This document shows, piece by piece, positions 47,601-58,817 of a stretch of DNA of 64,000 nucleotides. The stretch is from Callorhinchus milii. Taxonomy: Eukaryota. The notes beneath the pieces are model-generated. The model did not search any database and was not told where the DNA came from. It was given only the letters and a program-made list of their open reading frames with translations. The position numbers and the translations under genes were made by a program. Numbering within the stretch: position 1 is the stretch's first letter; each line of letters begins with the position of its first letter. The stretch lies in assembly GCF_018977255.1 (NCBI RefSeq), contig NW_024704743.1, positions 76,322,001 to 76,386,000 of the forward strand, read 5' to 3'.

Positions 47601-49462
47601 AATCCGCCTTTCTATTTTTACTACCTAGGTGAATAACTTCACACTTCCCCACGTTATACTCCATCTGCCACCTTCTTGCCTGCTCACTTAGCCTGTCTAT
47701 TTCCCTTTGCATTCTTCATGTGTCAGCCTCACAGCTTACTTTCCCACCTATCTTCGTATCATAGAGACAGCATGACAAATAATGCTGCACAGACTGCAAT
47801 AGTGCGAAATAAGTTTTTTGCATCAGTCTTTACCAAGGAGGAGACCAGTAACTTCTCTGATCTGGAAAGAGAACTCAAGGATGTCACAGAGAAAAGCTGT
47901 GATTCTATTCTTATCACTATCAGCATGGTTGCCAAAAAACTGTGTAAACGTAAGGTAAATAAATCTCATGGGCCTTATAAGTTGCATTCGAGGACCCTTA
48001 AGGAACTAAGGGAGGAAGTCACAGAACCACTGGCACAAATCTTTCAAAGATCACTGAATACTAGAAAGGTATCGGGAGACTGGACTAAGGTAGATGTTAC
48101 TCCTATTTTTAAGAAAGGTTACAAAAGTGATCAGAAAACTACAGATCAGTAAATTGATGTCCATTGTCGGTAAAATTATGGAGACTTATTAAGAATAAAA
48201 TTTTAAAAAAGAATAAAATGGAGCATCTGGCAGAAATAAAATCATAAATGATAGCCACTATGAGTTCATGAAGGGAAGGTCTTGCCAATCTAATTTACTG
48301 GTTTTCTTTGGTGCGACAAGGGTAAGGCTGTGGATGTTGTATATCTGGATTTCAGTAAGACCTTTGACACAGTTCCTCTTAGGAGGCTGGTAATGAAAGT
48401 AAAGAAAACAGGAATCAGTGGAGATATATTACAATGGATATGCAATTGGTTGACCAGTAGAACCCAGAGGATGGTGGTACAGAAAATGTCATCAGACTGG
48501 GAAAAGGTTACCAGTAGAGTTCCACAAGGGTCTTTTTTTCGGACTTCTTTTGTTTAATATATTTACAAATTATCTGGAACTAGGAGTTACAAGCAGATGA
48601 CACCAAGCTAATGAAGGTGGTAAATTGCGAAGCTGCACAAGATAGGTTACAGGAGGATTTGAACATACTTGGGAATTGGGCAGATTGGTGGCAGATGAAA
48701 TTTATGTGGAGAAATATAAAGTACTTCACATGAGGACAACAAATCCTGGAAGGGACTACTATTTGAATGGAAGGAAAATAATATATGGAAAATGAAAAGG
48801 ACCTGGTGGAACTGATTGACAACAAAGTGAAACTCTCCCAGCAATGCTGTGTGGCAGTGAGTAAAGCAAACCAAATGTTGGGATGTATCAAAAGATCAAT
48901 AGCAAGCTGAAATAGTGGGGTAATCCTGCCACTGTATAAATCAGTGGTGAAACCATACTTTATACACTGTATAGAGTGTATACAGTTCTGGTCACTGCGG
49001 TACAAAAACAATTCAGGGAACACAAGGTCTGGACTATGAGGAGCGACAAGGTAAATTGAGCATGTTCACGCCTGGAAAAGAGAAGATTGAGAAGTGACAT
49101 GGGTACTGTCTTTAAGATTCCAAAGGAGCAAGACAATATAGATTATGACAGGCTGCTTCAACTTGTCCAGAATAGTAAAACCAGAGACCACGGCCTAGAA
49201 TGAAGGGGGATAAAACTAGAATGAATCTACACAAACACTACTCCGTGAACTACTAGTGAACCTTTGGAACAGACTCCCTGGGGAAACAGTTGAAGCAGGA
49301 AGCGTTGATTCTTTCAAACACAGATTAGATAGTTTTCTTTTAGGAAATAGCATTATGGGATATAGTACATAGATAGTTTGGGCAATATGTGCATGCAACC
49401 ACCAGGAAGGTGGAAGGCGAACTAGATGGACTGTGGATTTTTCATCTGTTATTTCTTATGTT
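44640..49462 (+). mobile_element. Near full-length decayed CR1 LINE
   Basis: ORF1 SGNH esterase (VVILGD..VVVHVGRNNI), APE endonuclease (GYKLFRRD..GDFNLP.IDW..ILDLI), RT (YLDFSKTFDTVP, VPQGS, ADDTKL) and 3' UTR atttcttatgtt. Confidence 0.9.
46650..47760 (-). mobile_element. CR1 3' fragment nested in the CR1, itself holding a young L2 3' end (47254-47437)
   Basis: [41 protein letters not shown]; the inner piece is a reverse copy of the 9810-9980 L2 tail. Confidence 0.9.
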
Positions 49463-49819
49463 ACCCACCCGTCACTGTGCAGGTAATCTCTACTGTCCTG
49501 CTGTTTTTCTTGATCATGGATCTGTGTCAAGGAAAGATCATCACAGCTCACTGGAAAGACGAAAATAATTCCTTGTTTTATTTTACTCTCTGATAATGTG
49601 ATGATCAGTTAATTGCATCCAGATAAACTTCAGTGACACCAAGGCACTCAGGCACTGACAGCATCACCATCCATGGTTGCACACTTCACAGACACAAACT
49701 GCTCCCCACATATCTGATATGATGTGTGGGCTAGAGATGGCTTGAAGTGAATTGGATGGCTTCACTTCACTCATCTTGCTGTGGGAATGATCAAAACCTC
49801 TTGATGTAATGAAAGCATG

Positions 49820-50180
49820 TATGAGTTTTTCGGCGGCCTGCGGTATGAGACAGTGGAGGCAGAGTGGGTCATGGCGCAGATGTGGGGTAGAAAGGGTCAA
49901 ACCAGACCCCAAGGCTCTGGACCAGGTTAGCAAGGTGAAGTGTGCAACCATGGATGGTGATGCTGCAGTGCCTGAGTTGAGGAGACGCTGGCGGTCTTGT
50001 TGACATTCAACTGAAGAAAGTTAGCTCTCATCCAGGACTTGATGTCCGACAGACATTCTGTCAGGACAGCAGTTGTCCTGGAGTCGAGGGTGGAGGCAGA
50101 GAGATAGAGTTGGGTGTCTTTGGCATACATGTGGACGTTGACCCCATGTCTGCAGATGATGTCACTAGGTGGGAGCATAT
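49820..50180 (-). mobile_element. L2 RT fragment
   Basis: IICRHGVNVHMYAKDTQLYLS..CLSDIKSWMRANFLQLNVNKT. Confidence 0.85.
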
Positions 50181-50384
50181 AGAATGTAAATTGTAGGCCT
50201 CAGAGTAGTTACATGTTAGCTTATGAGTGATTTTGTAGGGTTGATCTGCTGAGGAGCGGTGAAATCTGTGCTATGTGGTGATAGTCATGATTCAAGGATT
50301 CAGAATCAACATTCAACACTGGCACATCAGATATCAGGCTTCAGTGAATGGGCAATGGATTCCATGCAACAATTTGGTGAATGT

Positions 50385-50670
50385 ACTTTTTGCGGGTTCA
50401 GCTGCATGTCTTATACATTTGAAAACTCATCACCAAACCAAACTGAGAGTTTCATGTATGTATATCTCTTACACATAGAAAATTCTCCATGGAATGGAAT
50501 GCACACTCTCTCCCTGGAGGGACCCAGCCTATTTGTTAATTCCAGAGTGTAATGGACAAGGTTTAGCAACCCAAAGCTTTGAGATCCTGAATCTCAGTTG
50601 GGACATTGCTGCAGTTTATAACCAGCTAAAACCGCATAACTTGCTATTTGCCCAGTGAGGACCACCCTAC
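50385..50670 (+). pseudogene. Inverted decayed V relic (family R), best-preserved copy
   Basis: TTCAG|CT GCA TGT acceptor (50401/50402), in-frame ..QTKLRVSC (Cys codon 50455-50457), later GAC ATT GCT GCA GTT TAT AAC (DIAAVYN, 50602-50622). Confidence 0.55.
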
Positions 50671-51615
50671 TAGTCAGGGCTTTGGTTGCAGAGTAAATAG
50701 ATGCTGAGTGGGAAGAGTCCTTATTACCAGGAAATCGGTCCACCCCTTCAAGTAGTGCAGAAGATTTGGCTGGCTGGTCTGTCGTAGGCAAAGCCCTGTA
50801 ATACTGTGATCTGCCTGGCTAAGAAAACTAGAGTCTTCTTCAGCTGAAATTCCGTTTTGATCTGTTGATATCCCTCACCCAATAGGTTACTTTGGTTGGT
50901 ATTTCAGCAGTTGTATACACATAGAAGCTGTATTCTAGGACTGGAGGACAACACATTTGTTATTCAAGGAGAATGAGGTGTATGCTTGATACATGTTTAA
51001 AATTCAATATCTAACCATCAGCCTGGTTCAGTTGGTAGCACTCTTGCCTCTGAGTATCAGGACTTGGAATTGATATAGTCTATGCTGACTAATTGGTCTG
51101 AATTGTTGGAGGTGCCTTCCTTCAGATGAAACGTTATCCCGAGATCCAGTCTGCTTTGTCCAGGTGGACACGAAAGGTCCCAAGACACTATTCAAAAAGT
51201 GAAAGGAGTATATCACGGTGTCCTGGCCTTTATTGGGATTTAATATTAAAATTAATACATGCAGCCAATTAAAATACAAGTGTGATGTTTGAAAGCTGGA
51301 ATTATCCTATTTGGGAAACGATTCAGTTTTTCATCTTCGTAACTGAATTTTATTCGTTTACAAGCCCATCATGTGATTATTGTTGTGCAATCCACCATGG
51401 TTGCAAAATGTCAGAGTGACTAAATTAAGGTTCCTCTATAATTCTTTCCATCCTGTTAACACAATGAACACAATGTCCTCTTTAAAATTCTTCCCAGTTT
51501 CTGGACCACAACTATCAGGATTGACCAGACTGTGATCTCTCTGCTGCAGTTAACACTCTCCCCCTCCATACACTGAGACCCAACTGCAGCCGTGTTGGCT
51601 TCCGAGTGAAAGGCA

Positions 51616-51654
51616 AGTTTTTGTACGATCTCTTGTGAGTCTGCAGCTGCTGTG
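51616..51654 (-). other. 23-RSS of V11
   Basis: CACAGCA-23-ACAAAAACT. Confidence 0.93.
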
Positions 51655-52085
51655 TGAATCCCAGACGCCACAATAATAAATGCCACTGTCATTCGGGTTA
51701 ACTTTTGTGATTGTGAGAATACTCGAATCTCCGCTTTTAACAGCAGAAAAACGGCGTGGAAAATCAGGCGAAGTTTCTATCTTAGTTCCTTTGTTGTAGA
51801 GAATCCATTGCAGCCCCTTCCCGGGATTCCCAAGGTACCAGTGAACATAGTCTTCGCCCATCGATTTCCCATGCATTGTACAGGTAATCTTCGCTGTTTT
51901 TCCTTGATTCTTGATCATGGATCTGGGCTGTGACAAGGTAAAACCATCACAGCCAACTGGAAACAGAAAATAAAATCATCAGCATCGTTTACTGTCTCTG
52001 ATAATGTGATGATCATTAAATTGCATTCAGATAAACTTACGTGACACCAGAGCACACAGCACACAGACACAACCTGCCCCCGCAT
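51655..52085 (-). pseudogene. TRGV: TRGV V11, family A: intact V exon (51956-51655) but 1-nt leader frameshift
   Basis: Leader is 45 nt (52085-52041) vs 46 nt in V6 and V9; G6 run is G5. The V exon is open to YYCGVWDS. Confidence 0.8.
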
Positions 52086-52566
52086 ATCTGATGTGATGTG
52101 GAAAGCTTGAAGGGGATCTGACCATCTCACTGCGTTCCTCTTGAGTGAGAATGGTCTAAACCTGTTTGTGCCAATAAGCAGTGTTTGCGGTTATGTTACC
52201 CCTCCCCCCACCACCTCTTCAAGCTGTGCATTAACTTTTGCCAATTATTCATTTTCTAACACATTGGCTCATTTGGCAGCACTGCAGGTTCTGGTACAGA
52301 AGGTTGTGGGTTCAAGACCCACAGCCTTTGAGCCTTTGATGGGCAACAGGGTGTCCGTTTACTCTGGCAGTGATGGTCTCACGGAGAATATTTTGGTAAA
52401 GACTGTGTTATGAATGATCTGGAGGTTTTGGAGAGTAAGGATGGGAATGTTGGTGAGGAGGGCCTTGGGGCAATCAGGTCTGGGGGGGCAAAGGCAAAGG
52501 GGAGGGATTTGGCTGTATTGGGAGTGATGTGAGGACAGAGGCAGGTGGTAAAGACAATGGTTGATT

Positions 52567-52680
52567 TTAACCTCCATTACAAAATTTCAACCTCCATTAC
52601 AAAATTAATGATTTCATTTCAACCTCCATTACAAAATTAATGATTTCATTTCAACCTCCATTACAAAATTAATGAGTTCA
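52567..52680 (+). repeat. Local tandem repeat (about 32-bp unit tttcaacctccattacaaaattaatgatttca x3 plus a partial unit)
   Basis: Direct reading; single copy at the paralogous sites 35708 and 43626. Confidence 0.85.
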
Positions 52681-53045
52681 TCTTTCAACCGATATACCAG
52701 GAGGCTCCAGCTATATTCTACAAATATAAGAGTATTTACAAGACAGAATGCTGTTAGCGAAAACATGTTTCACTATCTTCCATTTACCGTTAGAGAGAAC
52801 TAATATGTCAGATATTTAAATTGTGCATCTCCGGAGGAATGAGCAAGATCTGCAATTGCGATCTTTAGTGGATTTAATTTTGGACAGAACATGTTATGTT
52901 TTGTTAAGGAATCCTTGGAAGCCAATGGCAACGCAAAAAATTGTCTTATTCACTTACATAACAGAGCCACTGACAACAACATCAACAAAATTACTTTTGT
53001 AAAGGGTCTTTCACTTCGGAAGGACGTCCAAAGCCGATTTGAGGT

Positions 53046-53331
53046 GTAATAGAGAATCCACTGAAACTCCTTCCCGGGATTCCCACGGTACCAGTGAACA
53101 TACACATTCTGCATTGATGCACCCGCCAGAGTGCAGGTTATCCCTACTGTTCTGCCGGTTTTCTTGACCATGGATCCGGGCTGCGTCAAGGAAAGACCAT
53201 CACAGCCCACTGGAAAGACAAAAACAATTCCTTATCTTATTTTACTCTCTGATAATGTGATAATCATTTAATTGCATCCAGAAAAACTTACGTGTCACCA
53301 GGACACTCAGCACAGAGACACAACCCCACAT
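53046..53331 (-). pseudogene. TRGV: TRGV V12, family B, 3'-truncated (no FR3, no RSS)
   Basis: Leader 53331-53292 and exon from 53209 match V7 up to QWILYY, then fuse to a SINE tail. Confidence 0.9.
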
Positions 53332-54095
53332 ATCTGATGTGATGTGTGGACCAGAGACAGTTTGAAGCGGATCGGATCACTTCACCTCACGCTTCTCGCT
53401 GTGGGAATGATCCAAACCTCTTTCTGCCAAATAGCGTTGTTGTGTGGTTGTGTTTCTCCCCTCCCCCACACCGATCTCTTCAGACCACACGATATCTGGG
53501 GCCATTTACTCTTTTGTTGGATCAGTTGTGTTTAGGGTGGGGGTGTGGAGGGAGTTGTTGGCCGGGGAGAAACTCCTCATCCTGTTGTAAATAGAGATTT
53601 AGAAATTTTAAGTGAAAAACATGTTTCATGATCTTTCATCTCCCATAAAGCAGAACTATTATGTTATAGTTTACATTGCAACTCAGAAGGCGTGAGCAGG
53701 AGACTAGCGTGACCTTTATTGGATTTAATATTACAATTAGTAATTTGCACGCAATGGAGATTGCAAAAAAAACCCGCAGTGAAACTGGAATTGTTAAGGT
53801 TTCAATGTGTAAGTGTTTGCAATTGAATTTATTCGTTTACAAGCCCAACATGATATTATTGTTGTGCAATCTACCATAGATGCAAAATGTGAGAGTGGCT
53901 AAATTAAGGTTCTTCTTTATCGCTTTCCCTCCTGCTTAATACAATGAACGCAAAGCCCACTGTATAGTTCTTCCCAGTTTCTGGACCACAACTATCAGGA
54001 TTGACCAGACTGTGATCTCTCTGCTGCAGTTAACAATCTCCTCCTCAATACACTGAGACCCAACTGCAGCCGTGTTGGCTTCCGAGTAAAAGGTA

Positions 54096-54134
54096 AGTTT
54101 TTGTACGATCTCTTGTGTGTCTGCAGCTGCTGTG
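54096..54134 (-). other. 23-RSS of V13
   Basis: CACAGCA-23-ACAAAAACT. Confidence 0.93.
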
Positions 54135-54566
54135 TGAATCCCAGACACCACAATAATAAATGCCACTGTCATCCGAGGTGAGGCCGATGATTGTGAGAGT
54201 GCACGAGTCCCCACCTTTATCAGCAGAAAAACGGCTTGAAAAATCAGGCGAGTTTTCTTTCTTATTTCCTGAGTGGTAATAGAGGATCCATTGCAGTCCC
54301 TTCCCGGGAGTTTCACGGTACCAGTGAACATCGTCATTGCCAATATTATTCTTTGTACAGGTAATCCTCGCTACCTTTCCTAATTTGACGATCATGGATC
54401 TGGGCTGTGACAAGGTAAAGCCATCACAGCCAACTGGAAAGACAAAAACAATCATTAGGTTATTTTATTCTCTCTCTCTGACAATCTGATGGTTACTGAA
54501 TGGCATTCAGATAAACTTACGCGACAGCAAGACGGTCAGTACACAGACACAGCCTGTCCTCAGCAT
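54135..54566 (-). CDS. TRGV: TRGV V13, family C (intact; leader 54566-54521, V exon 54433-54135)
   Basis: ..RITCTKNNIGNDDVHWYRE..YYHSGNKKENSPDF..YYCGVWDS. Confidence 0.94.
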
Positions 54567-56419
54567 GTTTGATACCATGTGTGGCCCAGGAACAGCTTCA
54601 AGCCAATTTGACCATCTCAGTTGGCTCGTCTTCCTGTGGGAAAGATCCAAACCCGTTTGCACCAATTAGAGCCGTTTTGTGGTTGTTTCCTCCTCCCCAC
54701 AGAGCGTAATACTCGAAGCTTTACTTTCTCTTTGCCATTTATTCATTATTCTAATAACTTGGCTCATTTGATAGAAATTTATTCCCGTAGGATTTGAGCT
54801 CCTAATCTTGCTTTGCACTGGGGGAACAGAGCACGGTCAGAGGTACTGTCTTTGGGGGTGAGATGTTCAATCGATGTCCCCTTGCCTCATTCAGGTTCCC
54901 ACTAGAAATATTATGACACTTTCAATAACAAAGCTTTTCTCTCTGCCCTGGCCAAGATTGCTCTTTGTGTTCGGGAACTTGCTGGTGCAAATGGGTTTGA
55001 GTTTGCCTACAAAGGCAGCCACTGCACACTGACCAACAGTTACTTATGAAGGGATTAGATACATAGCAACATGATATGGAAGTTATTCCCTGACCAGTCT
55101 AGCAGCAGATTGACAACAAATCATACCAAGAGCTATTGATAGATATATTTTGATTCGAAAGAGGATTTCGGGTTCATATAATTTTCGTTGATATCAGTTT
55201 GCAAACCTCGAACACACACTTAGGGCCACCAACCATATTGACCTACTGTCAAAGTGGAATTCCATTAGACATTAGTCAAAAATGTTAATACAGCAAATGT
55301 TTTACCTCTTTCAAACGCCCCCTCCTGCCCTCTACAACTGATACAATTCAAGCTTGGGGGTCACGTAATCAACATTTCTCTCCTAATCCTTCCAACTTTA
55401 CTAGTGCCGTAAATCTCATCCTATATGAACTTGTCTCAATAAAAATGGAAACTATATGAGGGATCCAGAAAATGATTGTTACAGATTGTTAATTTGTGAT
55501 TATTTTTTGCAAATTCTGTTCAACAGAACGTCTTTGATGTTGTAATTCCTGTTTTAATCAACTTTACTATGAATTGTTTTACACCCATTCCCTCTACTTA
55601 TTTTTCTTTGGAGCACTTGGAACTTGTTGACTGGTTTAAAAATGTGTGTCTTTGTGGCTCGAAATCTGCCTCCGTTAAGCAGAGCTGCTGCAGGAAAGTC
55701 GAAAGGCTTTCATAAACTTCCACCAAGCAAAAGATTTAAAGGCATATTTACTTTTAATTTTTTATACTTGGACCTTTTACTAGAAAATAGATTAACAGAA
55801 AATACCAGGAAGTGCATAGTGACTTGGCCAGTCTTGATCTGTGGCATACGTTACAGAATCACATAATGTTACAGCATAGAAACACACCAATTAGCTCACT
55901 AAGGCTGCACTGGTGTTTTGCTCCATATTAAGGCACTTATTCTAATCGCACTCTCCTGCTCACTGCACATACGCCTCAATATTTCTCTTTTTCCAGGCTT
56001 GACTTTTTTAAGTATAATATGGGCTGTGCTTCAAGTATGGTTTATGGCAGATGATTTTACATGACAACCATGCTCTGTGTAACGGGAATAACGTTGTGAT
56101 GTTTAAAACATGACTTGTGCTGCTTTACATCTACATACACGATCACAAGGTGGCAGCACACCCAACACAGTAAGTGGATTGTGTCTCTTCAGACCAGATA
56201 TCCACCGTCTCATTGTGAAATGAAAGTAAATTGTCGGCCTCAGAGTAGTCATATGCTGGTTTATGAGTTATTTTGTAGGGTTGATCTGCTGATGAGCGGT
56301 GAAATCTGTGCTATGGGGTGATAGTCATGATTCAAAGATTCAGAATCAACATTCAACACTGGCACAACAGATATCAGGCCTCAGTGAATGGGAGATGGCT
56401 CCATTTAACAGTTTGGTGA

Positions 56420-57345
56420 ATATACTTTTTGAGAGTGCAGCCACGTGTCTGATACATGTGAAGACTCATCACCATACCAGGCTGAAACTTCCATATATGT
56501 ATGTCTCTTACACATATGTATGTCTCTTACCCTCATACACGCCTTCATTATATCGAGGCTAGACTATGCAATCTCACTGTTTGTCAGCCTCCTGAACTCC
56601 TCCCTCCACAGGCTGCAGATTATCTGGTGTTCTGCAGCCCATTTCCTCTCCCGCACCAGGCTCCGTGACCTTATCATCCCCATCCTTGCCCAACTCCACT
56701 GGCTTCCCATCACACAGGATACAGTTCGATATCCTGGTCCTCATCTTCAAAGCCCACCATGCTCTTGCTCCCCCCTATCTCTTCGACCTCCTAACCCCTG
56801 ACCACCCTGTTCGCTCCCTCAGCTCAGCGGGTTCTGGGCTGCTTCATGTCTCCTGCCTTGCTCACCCCACTATCGGTGGGCGGGCCTTCTACCACTCTGC
56901 ACTCACCCTCTGGAACTCCATCCCGCAGTCCCTCCAACTCGACCCCTCCCTCACCACCTTCAAGACCCACCTCAAGACCCTCCTCTTTGACTGTGCTTTC
57001 GATCTCCCCGCTTCCCCCCTTGCCCTCCCCCATCCTGAGCATCAGTTTGGGTCTGAAACTCTGTCTGCCCAGTGCCTTGGGATGTCCTCCCGACATGAAA
57101 GGCTCTATATAATTGTAATTTTGATGTTGTTGTTACACTTGGAAAATTCTCTACAGAATGGAATACACATTCTCTCCCTGGAGAGACACACTCTGTTTCC
57201 TATTTCCAGAGTTTAATGGGCAAGGATCAGTGAGCCAAAGCTTGGAGATCCCTGAGTATCTGTTGAGACGTTGCTACAGTTTAACCAGCTAAAACTGCAT
57301 AACCTGCTATTGAAAGCACTGCCCAGCAAGCTTGCACAATGAGGA
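56420..57345 (+). pseudogene. Inverted V relic (family R) split by an L2 insertion
   Basis: 56420-56530 and 57135-57345 match the 41 kb and 50 kb relics. Confidence 0.45.
56530..57130 (+). mobile_element. L2 3' fragment unique to this cassette
   Basis: LIHAFIISRLDYAISL..LAQLHWLPI; RIQFDILVLIFKAHHALAPPYL. Confidence 0.88.
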
Positions 57346-58344
57346 CCACCCTTCTAGTCAGGGCTTTGGCTTGCAGAGTAAATAGGAGCTGAGTGGCAAG
57401 AGTCCTTTTTCCCAGGAAACTAGTCCACCCCTTCAAGTTGTGCTGAAGAGTTGACCTGTCAGAGGCAGGGCCCTGTATTACTGTGATCTCTCTGGCTAAG
57501 AATACTAGGGACTTGTTCAGCTGGAACCCCATTTTGATCTGATGATATCCCTCCCCCAAAGTGCAAAAAGATTCTAAGAAAATGAAAAAAACACTCCTCT
57601 AGTTGGTATTTCAGTTGTTGTATAAACACAGAAGCTGTATCCTAGGACTGGAGCACAACACATTTGTTATTCAAAAAGGGAGTGAGTAATGTGCTTATTA
57701 TATGTTACACATTCAATATTTAATTATCAGCCTGGTTTGGCTGCTAGCAGGCTGTCTCTGAGCAAGAAGGTTGTGGGTTCAAGCCCCGTATCAGGACTTG
57801 GAACTGATATATTCTATGCTGACTCATCCAGTGCTGAATTGTTGGAGGAGCTGTCCTTCCGATGAAACATTATCCCAATATCCAGTTTGCTTTGTCCAGG
57901 AGGACATTAAAGATCCTCAGATACTATTCAAGAAGTGAAAGGAGTTTATCGCGGTGTCGTGGCCTCTGTTGGGATTTAACCTTAAAATTAATACATGCAG
58001 CCAATTGAAATACACAGTGTTGTTTCAAAGCTGCAATTATCCTATTTGGGAAACGATTACGCTTTTCATGTTTGTAATTGATTTTATTTGTTTACAAGCC
58101 CACAATGTGATTATTGGTGTTTAATCTACCATAGGTGCAAAATTTCAGAGTGAATAAAATAAGGTTTCCCTACAATGCTTTCCATCCTGTTAATACAATG
58201 AACACAACGCCCTCTTTATAGTTCTTCCCAGTTTTTGGATCACACCTATCAGAATTGAAGAGGTTGTGTTCTCTCTGCTGCAGTTAACAATTTCTCCCTC
58301 AACAGACACCCAACTGCAGCCGAACGGATCTCAGGTGAAAGGCA

Positions 58345-58383
58345 AGTTTTTGTACGATCTCTTGTGTGTCTGCAGCTGCTGTG
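58345..58383 (-). other. 23-RSS of V14
   Basis: CACAGCA-23-ACAAAAACT. Confidence 0.93.
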
Positions 58384-58817
58384 TGAATCCCAGACACCAC
58401 AATAATAAATGCCACTGTCATCCGAGTTGAGGCTTCTGATTCTTAGAGTGCACGAGTCCCCACTTTTATCAGCAGAAAAACGGCTTGAAAAATCAGGCGA
58501 GTTATCTTTCTTATTTCCTGAGTGGTAATAGAGGATCCATTGCAGTCCCTTCCCGGGAGTTTCACGGTACCAGTGAACATAGTCATTGCCTATATTATTC
58601 TTTCTACAGGTAATCCTCGCTGCCTTTCCTAATTTGACGATCGTGGATCTGGGCTGTGACAAGGTAAAGCCATCACAGCCAACTGGAAAGACAAAAACAA
58701 TCATTAGGTTATTTTACTCTCTCTCTCTCTGACAATCTGATGGTTACTGAATGGCATTCAGATAAACTTACGCGACAGCAAGACGGTCAGTACACAGACC
58801 CAGCCTGTCCTCAGCAT
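58384..58817 (-). CDS. TRGV: TRGV V14, family C (intact; leader 58817-58772, V exon 58682-58384)
   Basis: ..RITCRKNNIGNDYVHWYRE..SCTLRIRSLNSDDSGIYYCGVWDS. Confidence 0.94.

Larger units (their letters stand above)
44422..49711 (-). pseudogene. TRGV: TRGV V10, family-B pseudogene split by CR1 (3' half 44422-44635, 5' half 49466-49550, disrupted leader to 49711)
   Basis: Stop in FR3 (KPIQ*), YNCGLR ending, 5-nt FR1 deletion, donor GT changed to TG, insertion in the leader; the two halves match V7 on either side of the insertion. Confidence 0.9.
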
